The notes beneath the pieces are model-generated. The model did no database searches and had not been told where the DNA came from. It was given only the letters and a program-made list of their open reading frames with translations. This document shows, piece after piece, positions 30,688 through 34,891 of a DNA stretch of 34,891 bases. The position numbers were made by a program, and so were the translations under genes. Position 1 is the stretch's first letter; the number at the start of each line of letters is the position of its first letter. Source of the DNA: Caecitellus pseudoparvulus (Eukaryota; Protista; Bigyra: Bicosoecida); the NCBI GenBank assembly GCA_965644315.1, contig CBFFRQ010000107.1:1-34891 (forward strand), given 5' to 3'.

Positions 30688-31230
30688 CCCACCTTGCGCC
30701 AGCTTCTCCAGAATTGACGCCGGCAGGCATGGCAAACACAACCGATTTCCGCAGCACAGTTTGCCGCACTGCACGGCCCCCTGGCTGCCTGTCGCTGAGT
30801 GACGGCACGAATGAGACTTCCTGGTCAAAAATAACATAGAAGGGATCAGACTTACGGGTCTAATTCTCTTGCTCCTGCCCCTCTCAGCGCCAGGCTGCAC
30901 AAAATCGTTGGTTGCTAAATCACAACCGCAGCGCTTGCCGCTGCAGAGCACTGATGAAGAAGGCATAGCATCCCACGGGTGAGAAGTCTTTCTAGAGTCC
31001 ATTGTCATCTCACAGCTTGTAGGTGTCTCGTGACTTGATTGTTTCATGAGCTCCAATGGCGCCCTCGCCTCGATATGGGAGGGCATGTCTCGCACCGTTC
31101 TGCCCAGCAAACCTCCACAAACCTGGCAAGAAATATCGCGGGGCGAAAACTATGCAATCCACGCTCCGTGGCAGTCCTTCGTCTGACACATGGAAGCCTT
31201 GCCGAGAGGCATTTCCACACCTCAGTCACT
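30688..31230 (+). pseudogene. Decayed unknown gene convergent with NTPase-nuclease paralog 2 (partner copy 2)
   Basis: Reads PTLRQLLQN*...PISAAQFAALHGPLA...RLHKIVGC*. 30742-30785 matches 10940-10983 at 38/44 nt, with the same motif spacing. Confidence 0.6.
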
Positions 31231-34200
31231 TCAGCCACTGGGCTCACTTGGTTCACCGGCATCACTTGAGTCAGAGTCGAACACATCCGGAAACTCAGTG
31301 ATTTTTTCAGCCGTTGGCGTGGGCACAGGCACAAAGTCGCCACCCACCATCGCATGCACCAGCGGGGAGTCAAGGTACTTCGCGCATTGCTCCAAGTATG
31401 TCTTGTTTGCATCAAGACCTGTGTTTGTGATGTACAGCATGTGCACCCGCCACTCTGGCTTGCTTACTCCATCTACTGGCTCTGCTGTCACCCTCAGCTT
31501 CTTGTACTTGTCAACACCACTGCCCTTATGGTCGCCAGCTCCTTGCCCAACACCACTCACACCGTCAACGGTTACTTGCTCTGCCTTTACCCGCACGTCT
31601 GCCTTCAGCAGTTCTAACCAGGAGTTCACAACAGACATACCCCCCTCAGAGCCCTCTTCACCCCCAGCGTCTGATGCGGGCGCGTTCTCGCTGCCGCCAG
31701 TGTGCAACAACCTCACGTTTCCACCCTTGATAGCCTCGAGGTGTGATCGCTTTGAGAGCGCCACCTGTGCAATGTCGCGCAAGCCAGGGGGCACATCCGT
31801 GGGTTTTCCCTTTCCTGATGCGTGGGCGTACAGGTTGGAGGAAGTTACCTCTACGAACACGGCGTGCTTGACTTCTTTGTCACGATGCACCAACAAGGCG
31901 TCCACGCCAGGGCTGTTCTTCCACGTCTGGATCACCCAGGCGTCGCCTGCCTTCATGCCATGCAAGGATGACAACACATCTGCCGGCACCACGGAGCTCT
32001 CGAGCATGAGCTGGCTTGGTGGAACTTCGCCAACTTGTGGCGTCACCCCCTCCTTCAGTCCCAAGACTCTCATCAGTTGTGACAAACGAGGAGAGTTCGT
32101 GACCGATGCAGGCGACACCACCTCCACCAAGCCCAGGGAGTTTTCGTTCTGAGGGTACTCCATGGACTGCTTCACTTTCTCAGGAAGAAATGCTTGGCCC
32201 ACCGCCAAAGCACGGTGTCCGCACGCACCCAGCGCCAAGAGTGCGACAATGTCGCGCTCAAATTCACTCTCCGTGGAATCAGCCCCTCCTAACAGATTCG
32301 ACAATCGCTGCCCATCTGTTCTCCCGTAAGTACGTGACAGCAACACCTGCAGGAGGGCATGCCTCGCAGCCAAGGACACAAACACTGCGTTTCTTCTCAC
32401 CCTTTGGAGTTTGACATCAACACGAGATACCATGGAGGCATTCACCAGCCCATCAAGTGCATCCCCCATATGCAATCCCCAGGTCGCTGCCGCAATGGTG
32501 GACCAGGTAAGCGTCACCTCTGTGCTGTTGTCACGAAGCTGTCGCTCAAGGCGGCTCTGCAGCTCATCTGACAACTTGTCGAACGTTCGCTGCAGAGCCT
32601 GCTTGTGCCCCATGTGCTTCAGATCTTGAAGGTACTGCCGAACAAAGCGTGGCACATTGCCAAGGTACTGCAGCATTTCCCACACCTCATGCTCCGTTGG
32701 AATCGCAGGCCTGCCGCCCACTCCAGCGTGCCCTGCGCTTGGCAGCGACAGCTCTGCATCTACCCCACTAAAGAGCACTGCCATCATGGTCTTTGTCGTG
32801 GTTGGCCCCAGCTCGTAGAAAACCTCTGAAAATTGGCTCTTGATCGTTTCCTCCAAAATGGTGTCTGGGGAGCTTGCCAGCACACGCATCGTACCCATTG
32901 CTTGACTAAAACCGGACCAATCGCACCACTCTCGAAGCTCCCCTTGCAAAGTTAATGGCTTTGCATCCTTCACCTTTCGGTACAAATTGTTCACCTCATC
33001 CACCACAACCAAGCGGCGACTCTTTCGGGGCCCATGTTGGCTCGCGACACCGAACAGCATTTTCATCGCATTCATGAATACCATTGGAGGCGGTTCCTGA
33101 GGGCCCAGCAGCGGCCACATCCGTCTATGCAGCACATCGCCGCTCAGATTGTCCCCTGCGCTCGTGCTTAGTCCTTGCAGCAGTGTGTCAACTTCACTAC
33201 CAACAAAGGCACCGCCATCCCGTACATACAGCACGTCAGCCCCAGCGCCCACAGCCGCGATGCTGACCAACGCTGCCAGAGTGGTGCTCTTGCCGCATCC
33301 ATGCACCCCTGTCAACAAATGACCTGGGCGCTTTGTCTTCAGCGCTTCCGCGCAGCTTGCGAGGAAAGCAATGCGCTCTGGCGTCCACACGATGCTCACA
33401 GTGCGGACTGCTTCCCGCGGCAGCTGCTCCAGCGTGCCGTCTAGACGGGGCCGCACGGTACAAATGTGAACAAAGTCTCGTGCGCTTGGCCCATGAGTCA
33501 GTGGGAACAAGGACGGCGCTGCCTCCTCGTCTGTCGCCACGCAGATGCCATACTCTTGCTGGAAGTCTTTCGGCTCGAGAGCTTCGCTGCCCACAGGTGG
33601 AAGGAACCTTGTTGCAAATGCCACAACCTCCCCGTTCTTGTCAATCACAGGGTTCAATCCAGCGATGTCCATGGCGTGCTGCGACGCGCCTTCGCTTCCT
33701 GCTGCACCACCTGCATCGCCCGCTCGTCCCACGTGCTCCCTCTGCAGTGCAGCCTTGGCCCTCTCAAACCAATCCAATACTTCCTTCTTTCCTTCCAGCA
33801 TCGCTTCCCCGAGGCCAAGCTTCCAACCCAGCACATGCCGCAACGCCTGACGGTGGCTGGTCTCTGGCACGAACTCCTGCCCAGCCGCACTGTCGAGCAG
33901 AACTTCCCGCAGCGGAAGCACCGTATTCGAGACACCTGCAGAGGACAGCGCGGAAGCCCACGTGGCCTCTTCTTCGGCTCTCTTCTTGGCGGCGGCAGCT
34001 GCGGCGTCTGCAGCAGCTGCAGCAAGCTTCATTCGATTCATAAGCAGCACATGTATCAGCTGCTGGCGATTTTGCCGCTCTACGTAGAACATGTCTTGAA
34101 GAGACTTCTTGTTGATTTCCTTGGCGGGCACGAACAGCAGCGTCTCCATATCCTGCACTATCTCTCGCGCTGCAGCCTCCCAAGCCTGCTCATCCAAGTC

Positions 34201-34732
34201 CCGCAGTAAACCTCGCAGTGCAGGGCAAGCCAGTGCCAGAGCTGTTGCGGTTGTTGGGTCGGATCCCTGCGTCAAATGCGAAAAATGAAGTGCGCAACCC
34301 TCTCGGAAGCATGCAAGTACCACGGCCATCACCCCCAGCACGTACCTGAGGCAGCTCAGGGGGCAGAAATGGCACAGCAACATCCAGACCAAGTTCATGT
34401 AGAGCAGTGTGCAGACCTCCAGGCTCATACACGGCCAGCGTTTTCATCGCCGTAAGCACAGTGTCAGGCTCAGGCAGCATCGCCGTGCTGCTGAAGCGTG
34501 CTACTCCCACGCCCGGCCACGAGCGCCACGCCCTTGTACAAGACGCGGACTCTCGTCGCGGAACACTGCCTGGCATGGCTTCCCAGGCGTGCTCCACAGA
34601 GGAGGTGTACTCAACACAAGCAGTGGGCTTGAAAGCGCCGCCAGACGAAACGCCACCACGCCAAACAATGGCGGCGGCACCTCTGAGTGCCCTGCCAGCC
34701 GTAGCTAGAGCTGAGCGAGATGACAGAAGCAT
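31231..34732 (-). CDS. P-loop NTPase + PD-(D/E)xK-like nuclease, Crinkler/RHS-type, with mitochondrial-presequence-like N-terminus (~1140 aa, 2 exons)
   Basis: Exons 34732-34346 and 34266-31231. Walker A LTGVHGCGKST, Walker B LVVVDEVN, nuclease-like NSPGVDALLV...VFVEVTSSNLYAH. N-terminus MLLSSRSALATAGRALRGAAAIVWRG...ARFSSTA. Confidence 0.82.
34267..34345 (-). other. Spliceosomal intron (79 nt)
   Basis: CAG|GTACGT...TTTGACGCAG|GGA. Removal fuses ORF 34190-34885 to ORF 31231-34428 in phase 0. Confidence 0.88.
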
Positions 34733-34891
34733 GTCTGAGAAAGAATGCAAAGGCAGTGGAGTCGGGCGCACAGGCGCTCGATGGGAACTTGGAGTCGGTG
34801 TGGGCTTGTGCTGACGCCTGCGCCCCAGCACTTCGCAGAGCTTGCACAGCCTTGCGAAGCGCAGGGCTGAGCTTGCCTGCGTCACTTGAGG

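Noticed and set aside
31231-34732. Mitoribosomal DAP3/mS29 ortholog (mitochondrial P-loop protein with similar Walker motifs)
   Set aside because: The proteins are much longer, have a nuclease-like C-terminus and occur as multiple diverged copies. A distant NTPase relationship remains possible.
1-34891. Prokaryotic origin, or rRNA/tRNA genes
   Set aside because: Frame-restoring spliceosomal introns and eukaryotic domain content argue against a prokaryote. No rRNA or tRNA signature was recognised by eye.

Overview
GC-rich, gene-dense eukaryotic (protist-like) nuclear DNA. The eukaryotic call rests on several 65-79 nt GT(A/G)(C/A)GT...CAG introns whose removal joins the given ORFs in frame. 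Minus-strand genes: an RCC1-propeller/mucin-stalk membrane protein, a 38-aa ankyrin-repeat protein, a large Cys-rich multi-TM protein, a broken FN3/Ig-like repeat pseudogene, a WD40-like/SPRY/EF-hand/TM gene, and two intact spliced paralogs. Those paralogs encode P-loop NTPase + PD-(D/E)xK-type nuclease proteins (Crinkler/RHS 'CR-effector' architecture), and both begin with mitochondrial-presequence-like N-termini. Each is faced tail-to-tail by a homologous decayed plus-strand gene, and two further decayed fragments of the family may lie at about 5.0-5.3 kb and 16.1-16.45 kb. A complete 5037-bp TIR transposon (19138-24174; 25-bp TIRs, AT on both flanks) encodes a spliced C2H2 + Zisupton/KDZ-like DDE transposase. 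The window starts in an AT-rich stretch with two long hairpins. All family calls come from manual motif recognition; no database search was run.
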